This document shows positions 8,662 to 21,058 of a stretch of DNA of 64,000 bases, piece by piece. The DNA is from Azolla caroliniana. Lineage: Eukaryota; Plantae; Polypodiophyta. The notes under the pieces were generated by a model, which did not search any database, had not been told where the DNA came from, and saw only the letters and a program-made list of their open reading frames with translations. The DNA lies in assembly GCA_043228905.1 (NCBI GenBank), contig JBHGNT010000007.1:11842001-11906000 (forward strand), given 5' to 3'. The translations under genes and the position numbers were made by a program. Numbering within the stretch: position 1 is the first letter of the stretch; each line of letters begins with the position of its first letter.

Positions 8662-10317
8662 AAGAGGATATATTGAATGGCATATGTCGTCGGTGCCCTC
8701 CTTTCTCTAAGTGGGTATCTCCTTCCACTCGTTGTCGCCTTCAGTTCAGATGTCTCTTATGACTCTACTTCTGGCTCGGATTCATATGTATTGATCAGTA
8801 ATTTGGAGTTAGTTGATTCCGACTTGTAGTCCTCGATCGACTTCAACAGGTCTGCCGACTCTGACTCATCTATATTTGTCAGTTGCTCCGAGTCCACCGA
8901 CTCGGATTCAGCTATGCCAACTGGCTGTCTCCGAACAGCCGACGGTGTCGGTTCACTTCGCTTTAAGTCGGTAGTCATAGGGGTTGATTGGGAAATTGAT
9001 TCAAACTTTTGATGCTTTCAATCCTCTATCATCTTGTCTTCCAAGAAGACTACATCCGAACTCCTCACCACCTTCTTGTCTGCTAAGTCCCACGGCCTAT
9101 AACTAAACTCTTCCTCCAAGTATCTCATGAATATGCATGGTTTCGACTTGTTGTCGAGCTTTGACCTCTGATCCTTAGCCACATGCATATACACTAAACA
9201 TCCGAACGCCCTCAAGTGTCGGTAGGAGACATCATTTCCCGTCCACACCCTTTGTGGGACATCACCTTTCGGTGGTACTGAGGGGGACCTGTTTATCAAG
9301 TTAACAATTGTGTACATTGCCTCAGCCTAATATGATTTCGGCAGTTTAGAATGAGAGAGCATGCTCGTTACTCTCTCCATGATTGTTCGATTCATCCTCA
9401 CATACCACACATCCACACATCCACACATCCATGTGCACTAGTTCCAGGGCAGCTTCTCTTCTTCTCGATGGACTTGTGTGGAATGTTGTCCTGTTCGAGA
9501 AGACCATCGAGAAGAAGAGAAGCTGCCCTGGAACTAGTGCACATGGATGTGTGATTGTTCGATGTGTGGTGCTCGCGGCGAAAATCTTCTTCACATTTTC
9601 CCACGCACCCTTCGGCGTCTTTGCATCCCGAACATAGCTCAATAGCTGTTCACCCACACACGACGTGAAGCAGTATAATACCCTGCTCGCCGATTGCTCC
9701 CACGACGGAAAGTCTATGTGTGTCGATTCGGCTGCCGCGTCATTAGCTCCTTCGACATAACTCCAATAGCCGTGCCCGAGCATGTACTGGTGCATCTTGT
9801 AGGACCAAGACGCGTAGTTGGTTCTGTCGAGCTTCTTTGTTGGAAGCGAGCTTGCCATGCCTCTATCCATTGTTCTTCTTGTTCTTCTTCGTCAAGTTGT
9901 GTCGGCTGCAGAGAGGTTCTCAACCCTCGCGCTCTGATACCATGTAAGAGTTGCGTGCGGAAGCAAGTATAAAGACAGAACAGAAGGGAGAACACTTAGG
10001 TTTAATGGAGAGCTTGAGCTTACACTGTATACATGGGAGAGACCGAGAGGGATTGAGAGAAGACACAAAAAGAGAATGATATTCACAGACAAAAAAGAAA
10101 CAAAACATATATGTGTTCAATGAACACTTTGTACAAGCCCTAGAAGGACTGACTGGAGTACTGACAACACTTCAATGTTCATTAAGAGCTCCTACACTAA
10201 CTCCCAAATATATTCCTCATGGAATATCTTTCCTAACGGCCTAACCGATCGTTCCCAGTCGATCCGGTCCTCGGCTTCTTCAGCCGATCCGGCCGATGTT
10301 GAGTTTGTCTCTCAACA
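8662..10317 (-). mobile_element. Rearranged Ty1/Copia remnant: 5' LTR 9943-10317, tRNA-iMet PBS, gag fragment, integrase fragment
   Basis: PBS TGGTATCAGAGC at 9931-9942 (minus strand). Gag fragment KLDRTNYASWSYKM (about 9560-9870). Integrase C-terminal fragment INRSPS..HLRAFGCLVY..KLDNKSKPCIF (9018-9317). Confidence 0.85.
9422..9553. repeat. Perfect 50-bp inverted repeat with a 32-nt loop at the gag/integrase junction
   Basis: 9422-9471 is the exact reverse complement of 9504-9553. Confidence 0.95.
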
Positions 10318-13300
10318 ATTAACCACAAATACGCACAGATATCAGAGAAGATAGAACTCTATTAAGATACGCCTTTTACATTCAAAATTACATGATGCCT
10401 CTATTAGAGGTTTTCTGCCCTTTATATATGCAGGGTCTTTTAGCCATTCATGCTTTCCGCGTGAACCGTTTACATGTGTTACAATATTATTCTATTCCAT
10501 ATTACTGCGCTCTTGTCCGTCGGTTACTATTCCGCCGGACAACACCTGGCATGCCTATGGGACAGTGTCGTGGCACGTCGGACCCAGCCCGTTAATCTTC
10601 CTCCAAAATGGCCCAGATGTTTGGTTTTGCTACGGTCTCCGTGTCCGGGGACGGCATAGGGCCCGTAGGCACGTCATTGTGTAGTTCCCCTCCTTGGTCA
10701 GGAGGGCTTCTCATGGTGTTGCGGTCGTCCTGTGTGGGCGGTCCAGGTTCTGCGGGCTCTTCTTGGGCTATGGGGGTTGGTTCAGCCGTCCGTGGGCTTG
10801 CGGTAGGTCGCGACTCTGTTTCATCCATCACTTCCTCCGTGATGTCGCCCGTTGTTGTACACTCTGGGGAGTGGGGTTGCGGTTCCTCTTGGTCCGGAAC
10901 GTCCTCTGTGCGGTTGGCCGTAAGCGTATGCTCCGGTGGGTGGGGTTCCTCTTGGTCGGTGGTTTCGCTGCCTGGTATTGCGGGGGACTCCGCTCGCCGT
11001 TCAGTGTTGTTCACCGTAGTGGTAATTTCTGGTGACATGGCCTGAGGTTCCTCTTGTTCGGTAGTATCCGGAATTGGTGTCACGATGGATTCCTCATTTG
11101 TTCGCGTGCTGCCGGCTTGCGTGATCTGGTGAAACAGGTCCTCCTGACTTTTGCTAAAATCATCTAGTAGCTGCACGAGTTCCCTGGAATGTTAGTCTGC
11201 TATCGTGCGATAGTCCTGTGCTAGGTCCTCACGTACTACCGTAATGCTTTCATCATTGAATTTGTAGAACCCTCGGCCGTCTTTCCTTTGGTTCTCCCAG
11301 TCCGCTCGATACGTATGCAATTCCACCGCTTGTGCAACCCACACCATCCATCCTTTGTCTAGCGTCGTTTTTCATTGCACCGTAAACCTCTCCCGATTCA
11401 TTTGTAGAAGGATGCGCACATTGTCTGTTATGGCTTGGCAACGGTTGCGTGCTTCTTTTACAGATTTCTTGAGGTTTGCAATTTCTTACTGATTAACTGC
11501 CACCACTTCCTCATACGTGTTCCTCATTCCTCCCAAAGCTGGGATTCCTTCGCATGTAGTTCTTCCAGTTTTCCCATTTCATTATTCAAGCGGATTTCGA
11601 GCTAATGCCTTCTCTCCTGTACTGCCACCAGCTGCTCCTCGAACCATGCTTTCTTCTTCTCCAATAAGGCCTGGAGTCCCGCGATTGTCGCTTCCAATTT
11701 TTTCCCTTCCTCCTGTAATTGGGCATTTTCTTCGTTGTGTTGTCTCCGTTGCGAGTTTCTCTTCAAGGGTCTTCACTGCCTTTCGGCCAATGGCCCGGAT
11801 GTCCTTTTCTCTTTCCAAGGACTGGCGAAGTTCAGCGCGGAGGCGGTCAATCTCTGATTCCGCTAGTTGCATGGCCCGTTTTGCTTTTGAGGCAATGGCA
11901 GTTTGAGCTTCAATCTCTTCCCTCAGGGCTTCGGGCATTGGTTGTTGGTGGAGCTGCCTGTTGCGCCGTAGTTGCGTTATTTTCCAACTCCGTGATGCGT
12001 TCATTGGCCTTTTGTAGCTCGGCTTCGGTCATTTAAACCTTTTTCCAGAAATGTTTATTTTTAATCGCCATTTCCTTGGCACCCATACTGACCTTTGCCA
12101 GTTACCTATGAACTTCGACAAGGGCTGCATTTAATGGGGGTAGTTCCATCCCCATTCAACGTATACTAGCGTTCCTCTGCCTGCTGACTCTGGCTAATTG
12201 ATCCTCATCGTCGCTTTCCGCTGTTTGTGTTAATGCGCGCTCGATCATTTGGCACTCCACGTGATCCTTGGCCATTCGTTGTGAGACTTTTATCTGTTGC
12301 GTTGCCAAGAATTCCATGAGTTCAAAAGAGGTTCTGAACTGTAATAGTGCGCCGAACTCATGGGCCATGTCCGGAATGTCCGGATACGCCAGAACCTCGC
12401 TTTTTGCCGTCAATACGGCTTTCCCCCGTTGTGATTGGGACATAATGATTGGTCGTGGTTCCTGGATTACTTCGAAGGTGGTGTTGGGCTCCGTAGCTGC
12501 AGAGTTGTCACCCACGATTGTTGTCTCCGTGGCCGCGAGTGCGTCTTTAACTAACCCTCGCCCATCTTTCTTGTCCAATCTCCTCCTTTTCGGCCTCGGG
12601 CTTTCCTGTCGTGGTTCGGCTTCTGGCTCCGGTGCCGCTTCCTCGGTGCGCGCAACCTGCTCTTCCTGCGTTGTTCGCATGTTCGGTTGGGCGGGTTGGG
12701 GTTCATCCTCCCACTCTTTGGTGGCTAACTCCGCTAACCTTCGCTTCGCGGATCGAGGCGGCGGTGTGGGCTTGCTAGGTTGCGGTGCTGGTAGACCTCG
12801 GGGTGGGAATAGTACCGTCAGGTACTTTGTATGATAGGCCTAAGCTTTTTGCCTCCTTGATACGCGTGTAGGCCTTCCCTTAACACCGGCCCCATAATGA
12901 CCCCCCAATCGACTGTACGCCCTTCAAAGGTATCAATGATGATACTTGCCTTCTGCTTGGGCATCCCATATGTGTTTACATGTACACATCCGACCTCCAA
13001 TAGGAACTTGGCGATTTTGTGGAAAAAGGGATCCGAGAACTCCTTCGTTCTATATGCCTTGGCGGATGACAAATATGGACCGAAATATCTCTACAGGGAC
13101 TCTGCAGGAGGGATTTCGAAATGCCTTTCACCCAGTGATGACAGGTCCAACTTTTTCTGGATGGATGAGTTGGTGACTGTGTCGATGTTGAGCTTTCTAG
13201 CGATGTTTAGTGCATCAGGGTGTGGAGGTGCCTCAACGACCTTGATGTACCCATCCAAGTGTTTCTCCACGAGCCACCGACGCAAGGCGGTAGAGATGAA

Positions 13301-13607
13301 TATCGGAATAGTCGGAATAGGCTCATGGCTAGGGGGTGAAGACTGTTGGTTGCGGTGGTCTTGAGCTCTGTGATAAGATGGAGAAGAGGGTGAGGAAGGG
13401 GAGCGATGAGAGCGCTAAGAGTTAGAAGGTTGATTTTTGTATTATGCAGAAAACCTTCTATTTCGCTCTTTTTGTGGCCTAGGGTTCATTGGTCGGTGAG
13501 CCATCGTGGTGCCACGTGTTCTTGGTCTAGAAGTCTGTGCATGCCTTAAGTCCTTTTAATAGCGTCGCTATCTTCTCTCTTTTTTTTCTTTTTCTTTTTC
13601 GTAACGG
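10318..13607 (-). mobile_element. Truncated, decayed 3' part of a non-chromovirus Gypsy element related to 30917-40792; partial LTR 10318-10544 and remnants of the extra ORF
   Basis: Peptides HLDGYIKVVEAPPHPDA and TFEGRTVDWGVI parallel GLDGFLTIMEAPPHREA and TYEGTKVDWSVLI at 33557-34360. Coiled-coil fragments are present, and the LTR-adjacent TGGCA..TGGGAC motif is shared. Confidence 0.75.
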
Positions 13608-16600
13608 TGTCGTGAAGAATTTCGGCCATAGGCGAAAACCGGGAAACATTGTCTACATCGGCGGGGTGCAACGTGTGTACGCACCCATGTACATTTGGTG
13701 TGAATATCGAGGGCGCCTTTATGGCGCCGAAGAGTAGTCAAGTCGGGATAGACGATCCCATGAAAGTCGGGATTTGTCCCACATTGTAACGCGTCCCTCT
13801 CCTTGTTCTATAAAAGGGAGGGAACGCCCTTTGTAAAAGTGTTGCCCATTTTGGATTAGAGGGTATACCGGTAGGTTTAGGGTTAGGGTTCTTCTGCTTC
13901 TTCTTCTTCTCCTTCATATTCGTCTAGGGTTGGCTGCAACTTATCTCCTGTGCAAGCCCCTGCTCGGCGCGACGAGCCCGAGAGCTCCCCGACGGCGGCT
14001 TGACAGCTGACGACTGTTGTAAACTATCTTGGTCCGGCTCGAAGCCGGGAGTGTATTCTTCATATATATATAGACATATACGTTTGCGTCTGTCTGTGTA
14101 TATTGGCGTCTTGTTGGTGTCGGGTGCTCCCCTCATTCCCTGCGTTTCCTGTACAAGAGGGCGTGGGTGCGTGCGTGAGTGCGTGCGTGCGTGTGTGCGT
14201 GCGTGCGTGAGTCGGTGTTAAGCACGCTCTCTCTCTCTCTCGCTCTCTCTCCCTTCGGTTGCTTCCGGTGTGTTTCTGAGATGCCCCAGAAGCCGTGAAG
14301 CACGACTTCCTACGCTCCGTCGCCCCCTAGTTCAAGACCCCCGTGGTCCCGCCTTTCTCCACGCACGCGCGTAACAACGTGACATCTTTGGTGAACCCGA
14401 CGTGAAAGGCGGCAAGGGAGGATGGAGTCGGAAGATGACGACCTTGCGGAGATGGTGGCCGAGGTGGTGTTGGAGTCGGCACGAGTGGTGATGAGGCGAG
14501 AAGCAGCGCAACAAGCGGTTGGGCGAGTGGTCGAATGAGTCGGCCGTTTCAACAGGGACAAAGTCCCATCTTACTTGGAAGCCTACAACGCGGAAATGGA
14601 AGAGCGTGGCGTAGACGAGGCGTTGAGGCTGGAGTTCTTCTACCGGGTCGTAGCTGTCTAGATGCATGCGGAAGTAATGGAGCTCCGTGAGGCTCGTGGT
14701 TCATGGGAGGCCTTCGAAGAGGCGCTCCTGAAGGCATACGGAGGACGGCGGAAGAGCCGGGGACGGCACCACTTCGACCAGTGGGTAGCATTGGCAAAGA
14801 CCCACTGGGGTGTGACGAAGACGTTCCGGGAGTTCGAGCGACGACTTGCTCGGCTCCCAGAGCAGGAACAAGGTTTGGTGGGGGCGGACAAAGTCCTTTT
14901 GTTCGCCAGGTCGATCGACCGAGCGGAACGCGAAGCCATCGGGATTGACCTCGAAGACGATGATGGAGTGAATGGGCTTACGGAGGACTGGTCGAGGGTC
15001 GGAAGGGTGTGCCAAAGGCTAGACAACGAGCGAGCCAAGAAGGCTAAGAGGAAGGTACGCGACGGCGTGCCATCACAGCGGGAAGAGGCCGAACGGCAAA
15101 GAGAGTCGGCAAGGGTTGGCGTAGGGGCCAGGATTGCAGAGGCGTACGAAGCTCTCAAAGCAATGCTCGAGGAAAAGGGGAAAATCGAAGCCGAAGAAGG
15201 GCTTATAATGGAGTCGGGCCGGAGGCGATCGGAGGATGAGGAGGCCGAAAGAGAATGGTACATCGGTACCACGGGAGAGGGTGCGGAGCGAGTTACTCTC
15301 TCGACATGCGGAAAAAGAGCGACCGAGGACGAGGTCGAGGACGGTGAGGCGGCGATCGCCGATACGAGCGGACATGAGGGAGGTCGGGCACGGAGGCCCG
15401 AAGCATCGAGCGGGGAGAAGACGGACGGTGGTGGCGGCAAGGCGGGCGACCACGACGGCGACGATGTGGGAGAGGGTGCGGAGCGAGCGACCCTCTCGAC
15501 TTGTGGAAAGAGGACGACCAAGGACGAGGCCGAGATACAGATCGCGGAACCAGAACGTTGGGACCAGCGGTTTCGGGCGTGTCAACCCGAGATTCCGGGC
15601 ATTGGAGAAGCAAGCCCAGACGGGGGTTGCGCGATCGGTAAGAAGACGACTGCCGACCACGAAGAGTCGGTGGCTAAGGACAAGGGCGTAAAACGGACGG
15701 GTGATTCTTTGTGTCTTCCCACACTTGCTCCCAAGATGATGGCAGTCGGGCCCGAGTACCCACGTGAGTCCCAAGCAGAGGAAGGCGGCGGCAGAGGGCC
15801 AAGAATCACCGGCGAGACGATACGGGGAAAGAGCGGACGAAAGCCCACGGACCTGATTCCGGAGAACTCGGCACTCGGGCCCGTATGCCCATGTAAGACC
15901 GAGGAGATGGATGGCGGTACCGAGGAGTTCTGGCACGATGCCAGCGAAGTTAGATGGGAAATGGCCTACGAGGGGGTCGAGGGCGGACGCGACATGAGAG
16001 GATCGGCATTCCGATACGGGTGGAGCGTGATCCGGTCGTGGATCGTTCGATCGGGTCCGGTTTCGGCATGAAAGAGCCGATACGGAAGGGGGTGCGGGAC
16101 GAGCCGCCCTCTTTTACATGGGGAGAAAGACCGACCGGGCGAAGGTCGAGATTACGGACGAGAACCGGGCGGAGCGGACTCCCGGATAACCATTCCGGGA
16201 GGGAGGAAGAGAGCAGGCCTACGAAGAGGCCGAGGACACGGTACGTCGGTACCACGGGAGAGGGTGCGGAGTAAACCGCCCTCTCGGCATGAGGAAAAGG
16301 ACGACCCGGGACAGGGTCGGGAAGACAAATCGGGGCGGTCTACGGAGGATCCTTCACACCAGATCTAGAGACTTCGGTAGTCGGCAACGCGGTCGACGTA
16401 AGACCAAGATACTGACGATGGCGGCGAGGTGACAAAGGCAAGGGCTACGGAAGGGCGGTCTACGGAGGATCCTTCACACCGGATCTAGAGACTTCGGCAG
16501 TCGGCAACGCGGTCGACGTAAGACCAAGATACTGATGGTGGTGGCGAGGTGACGAAGGCAAGGGCTACGGAAGGGTGGTCTATGGAGGATGCTTCACACC

Positions 16601-18212
16601 AGATTTAGAGACTTCGACAGTCGGCAACGCGGCCGACGTAAGACCAAGATACTGACGGTGGCGGCGAGGTGACGAAGGCATGGGCATAAGGAAGTCCGGT
16701 CCTACGGGATCCCCACACTTAACCGGAGACTCCGGCAGTTTGGCCAACGTGGCAACATGAGACCGAGAGAGAAGGATGGTGGCGGCGGGAAACGGGACCC
16801 GGCTACGCAGAAGGCACGAGGAGAGTCCAGGAGAGACTCAAACAAAAGGCACCCGACTTTCGGCAAGCATAGAAACGGAGTCCGGTCCTATGGGACCCTC
16901 ACACCGATCCAGAGGCTCCGGCAGTTCGGCCAACGTGGCAACGTAAGACCGAGGGAGAAGGACGGTGGCGGCAGGGAACGGGACCCGACGACACGAAGTT
17001 CGGAAGAAGCCGGTAAAGGGCAAACACGGGGAGGTGTGTCAGACCGGAAAGGCACACCTTGGACAGAACAAGAGTCTCGCGAGTGGCCATCACGGGCCGG
17101 ATCGAAGCGTGACTACGGAACGGTGCTCGGCGCGGGCGAGGCCGAACGAAGGAAGCAGAAGACGGCACAAGGGAGGTGCCGAGAACAAAGGGACAAGTGC
17201 CTAGTGGACTGCACAGGGTCGGAGTCAGGATGGCAAGAGAGGCCGGAGGAGGATCCTCCAAACTCGCTTCGTAGATCTCGGTAGCTCCGTTGAAGTAACA
17301 AAGACTGACACGGCAAGCCGGGGTGACAAGCTGGTGGGGGCGAGGGGACGACGGCAAGCGGAGGACTCAGGACCTATTGCAGCAGCACGACGACGGGAAG
17401 GGCCAAGCGGGCTACTGCGGGGTGTTCCTCGGATGCAAAGGACACCGGTATGCGGGAGAACAACGATGCACGATCAGGCCGGAAAGGGGCCAACGAGGAG
17501 TGCCACGGGCATTCCTCTAGCGGAGGACATCGGGCATACGGCGGGAAGCGGGGCGTTCATACGGCCGAACAAGGGCCAACGGAAGAACGCGTGCTACGAA
17601 GATCGCGGTAGAGGACCCATCGACGGGTCGAACGAGCCTACGGGAGGCGAGCGCGAAGGAAGACTCGAAGCCGCCGGATCAAACCGGCAGCGAGCCGAGA
17701 TGCGGATCACGGGAGACCAGTTTCTCGCCAGCCGAAATCTCTCACCCTTCAGCCAGATTTGGCACGTACCGGTGGACGTGCAGTTAGGTGGGGGCGGATG
17801 TCATGAAGAATTTCGGCCATAGGCGAAAACCAAGAAACATTGTCTACATCGGCGGGGTGCAGCGTGTGTACGCACCCATGTACATTTGGTGTGAATATCG
17901 AGGGCGCCTTTATGGCGCCAAAGAGTAGTCAAGTCAGGACAGACGATCCCATGAAAGTCGGGATTTGTCCCACATTGTAACGTGTCCCTCTCCTTATTCT
18001 ATAAAAGGGAGGGAACGCCCTTTGTAAAAGTGTTGCCCATTTTGGATTAGAGGGTATACCGGTAGGTTTAGGGTTAGGGTTCTTCTGCTTCTTCTTCTTC
18101 CCCTTCGTGTTCGTCTAGGGTTGGCTGCAGCTTATCTCCTATGCAAGACCCCGCTCGGTGCGACGAGCCCGAGAGCTCCCCGACGGCGGCTTGACAGTTG
18201 ACGACTGTTGTA
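13608..18212 (+). mobile_element. Non-autonomous Gypsy-derived LTR element (gag-like only) with tRNA-Trp PBS; LTRs 13608-14384 and 17799-about 18212 (truncated)
   Basis: TG...CA LTR, near-identical second copy, PBS TGGTGAACCCGACGTGA at 14389-14405 (complement of the plant tRNA-Trp 3' end), PPT TTAGGTGGGGGCGGA, gag-like ORF 14422-16071 with stops, and no pol motifs. Confidence 0.8.
16333..16687 (+). repeat. Tandem repeat, 120-bp unit x about 3
   Basis: GGTCTACGGAGGATCCTTCACACC...GACGTAAGACCAAGATACTGA recurs with a 120-bp period. Confidence 0.9.
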
Positions 18213-21058
18213 GATGCGCTCTTGCAGGCATATGGAGGACGTCGGAAGAGCCGGGGACGATGCGACTTCGACCAGTGGGTTGCATCGGCAAAGACCCACC
18301 AGGGTGCAATGAAGGCGTTCCGAGAGTTCGAGCGGCGGCTTGCTCGGCTCCCAGAGCGGGAACAAGGTTTGGTGGGGGTAGATAAAGTCTTGGTGTTCGT
18401 CAGGTCGATCGACCGAGCAGAACCGGAGGTCATCGGGATTGAGCTCGAAGACGAAGACGGAGTGAATGGCCTTACGGAGGACTGGTCGAAGGTCGAAAGG
18501 GTATGCCAATGACTAGATGATGAGCGAGCCGAGAAGGCTAAGAGGAAGGTGCGCAATGACGTGCCATCACAACGGGAAGAGGCCAAACGGCAAAGAGAGT
18601 CAGCAAGGGTCGGCATCGGGGCCAGGATTGCGGAGGCGTACGAAGTTCTCGAGGCAATGCTCGAGGAAGAGGAAAGATCGAGGCCGCGAGCTGAGACCGA
18701 GGAGACGAGCTTGCCCCACGAGATGGCAAAAGGTCAGTACCACGGTACCATGGGAGAGGGTGCGAAACAAAACGCCCTCTCGACTTGCAGAGATAGAACG
18801 ACCGAGGATGAGGCCGAGACACCGATCGCGGAATCAGAATGCTGGGATCGGCGGTTTCGGGCACGTCAGCCTAAAACTCCGGCCATTGGAGAAGCAAGCC
18901 TAGGCGGGGCTTGCGCGATCGGTAAGAAGACAACCACCGACCAGGAGGAGCCGGTGGCTGCGGATGAGGGCGTAAATAGGACGGACGATTCTACGAGTCT
19001 TCCCACACTTGCTCCTGAGACGATGGCAGTCGGCCCCTAGTGCCCACGTGAGTCCCAAGAGGAGGAGGGTGGCGGCGAGAAACCGAGAATCACCGGCGAG
19101 ACGATATGGGGAAGGAGCAGACAAGAGCCCTCGGAACCGATTCCGGAGAACTCGACATTTGGGCCCTTACGCCCATGTGAGACCCAGGAGATGGATGACG
19201 GTATCGAGGAGTCCTGGCACGATGCCAACAAAGTTGGATGGGAAATGGCTCATGAGAAGGTCGACGAAGAGACCATGAAACGATCCGACCGAGGACCGAC
19301 CCACGCGGCACTCGGATTCAGGAGGGGCGCGATCCGGTCGTGGATTATTCGACGGGGTCAGAATCGGTGTGAAGGTGCCGATACGGAAGAGGGTGTGGAA
19401 CGAGCCGCCCTCTTTTACATGGGGAGAAAGACCAACCGGGCGAAGGTCGGGAATCGGGAAGAAGATGATCAAGGGTTCAGAACGAGTCCGACTGGATCGG
19501 CATCGGAGCCAAAACTCTAGACATTGGAGAATCAAGCCCAGGCGGGGCTTGGTTGATCATAGAGCAAATGCTTTCCACCGACACCACTAAAAGGGTCAGT
19601 GGCCTGGAGGAGTCACCAAAAGACATTGCGAAATCGGTTACCCCACATCTTGTCCAGAGATTTCGGCAATTCGGCCGACGTGGCAACGTGAGACTGAAAG
19701 AGATGGAAGATAGAGGCAGGAGCACAACGAGGACAATGACGACGAGTGCAGGAGAAGTCCACGGGATGAAGCGGAGAATGAAGGCCGGTCCTATGGAGTT
19801 CCTTACAACCGATCCGGCTATCGGCCCGAATGCCGGTGTGAGTCCTATAGGAAGGGACGGTGGTGACAAGAGAACGAGACCCGGCAATCTAGAGAATGAC
19901 GAACGGACCCGGACAAGAATCGGGCGTAGCAGACTTCAGGATAACCATTCCAGGAGGGAGGAAGAGAGCAGGCCTACGAAGAGGCCGGGAACACGGTATG
20001 TCGGTACCACGGGAGAGGGTGTGGAGTGAGCCACCCTCTCGACTTGGGAAAGAAGGAAGACCTGGGATAAGGGTCAGAGATACGACAAGCCCGAGGAGGA
20101 TCCTTCACACCGGTTCCACATACTCCGGCGGTCGGCCTAGAGTGACGAACGGTGGCAGCCAGGGGACGAAGGCAAAGGGCTACGGATGGGCGGTCTACGG
20201 AGATCCTCACACCGATCCGACGGTCGGCCCGAGTGCCGACGTGAGTCCTATAGGAGAGATCGGTGGCGGCAGGTGAACGGGACAAACAAAAGAGGGCGGC
20301 AAAGGCAGAGCGGTGCTACTGCGACCTTACACACACCAGTTCTAGAGACTCCAGCAACCGACAACAAGAGGAGGCGTGAGACCTAGAGTAAGGAACGGTG
20401 GTGGCGGCAAGGCGGGCAACCGAAGCCAGAAGCGGAGGTCCCACGAAGATTCTCACACCAATCCGGCGGTTAGTCCGAGTGCCGGCATGAGTCCTATAGG
20501 AAGGGACGGTGGTGGCAGGCGAACGTGATCGGACGACGGGGCAGAGCGACATGAAGGTATCAGGACGGTGTCATGGCAAGACTCAAACCCATGACTTTAT
20601 GCTACATGGGTCGAGCTCTTACCATTAGATTATGAATTGTATTTTGTAGGATATTATTTTCATTTATACTTTATCATAGAAAATTGATGTATATTCCAGA
20701 TCTCTCTGGAACATTCTAGAAGCTTCAGGATTATTCCTAAAAACACTATAAAAGGAGGCACAAGGCATTGTTTTGAACCAAATTGGTTCAACACCAGTCT
20801 TAAGCCTCTTAGTCGATTTGTACTTATCTTTCATATAATATAAGAGCTGCTGTCATCATCCTATTTCCCTCTCTCTCCTCTTCTCACTTCCTCTCTCTCG
20901 GGAATCATACGCAGTCCCGTCCTCTTAGTACTAATAGTACTACTCTTCTTAGTACTAATTCCATCTCTGTTTTAGTACTATTCCTGACAGTTTGAACCAA
21001 TTTCTTCCTCTAGCCTACTTGTCACTCTCCCTCATCCTCCTACCCTTTTCCCTATACT

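Noticed and set aside
16333-16687. CRISPR-like array
   Set aside because: The whole 120-bp unit repeats with no unique spacers, and there are no cas genes.
14300-20560. Many overlapping short ORFs on both strands
   Set aside because: They are shadow frames of GC-rich, low-complexity retroelement sequence with no recognisable motifs.
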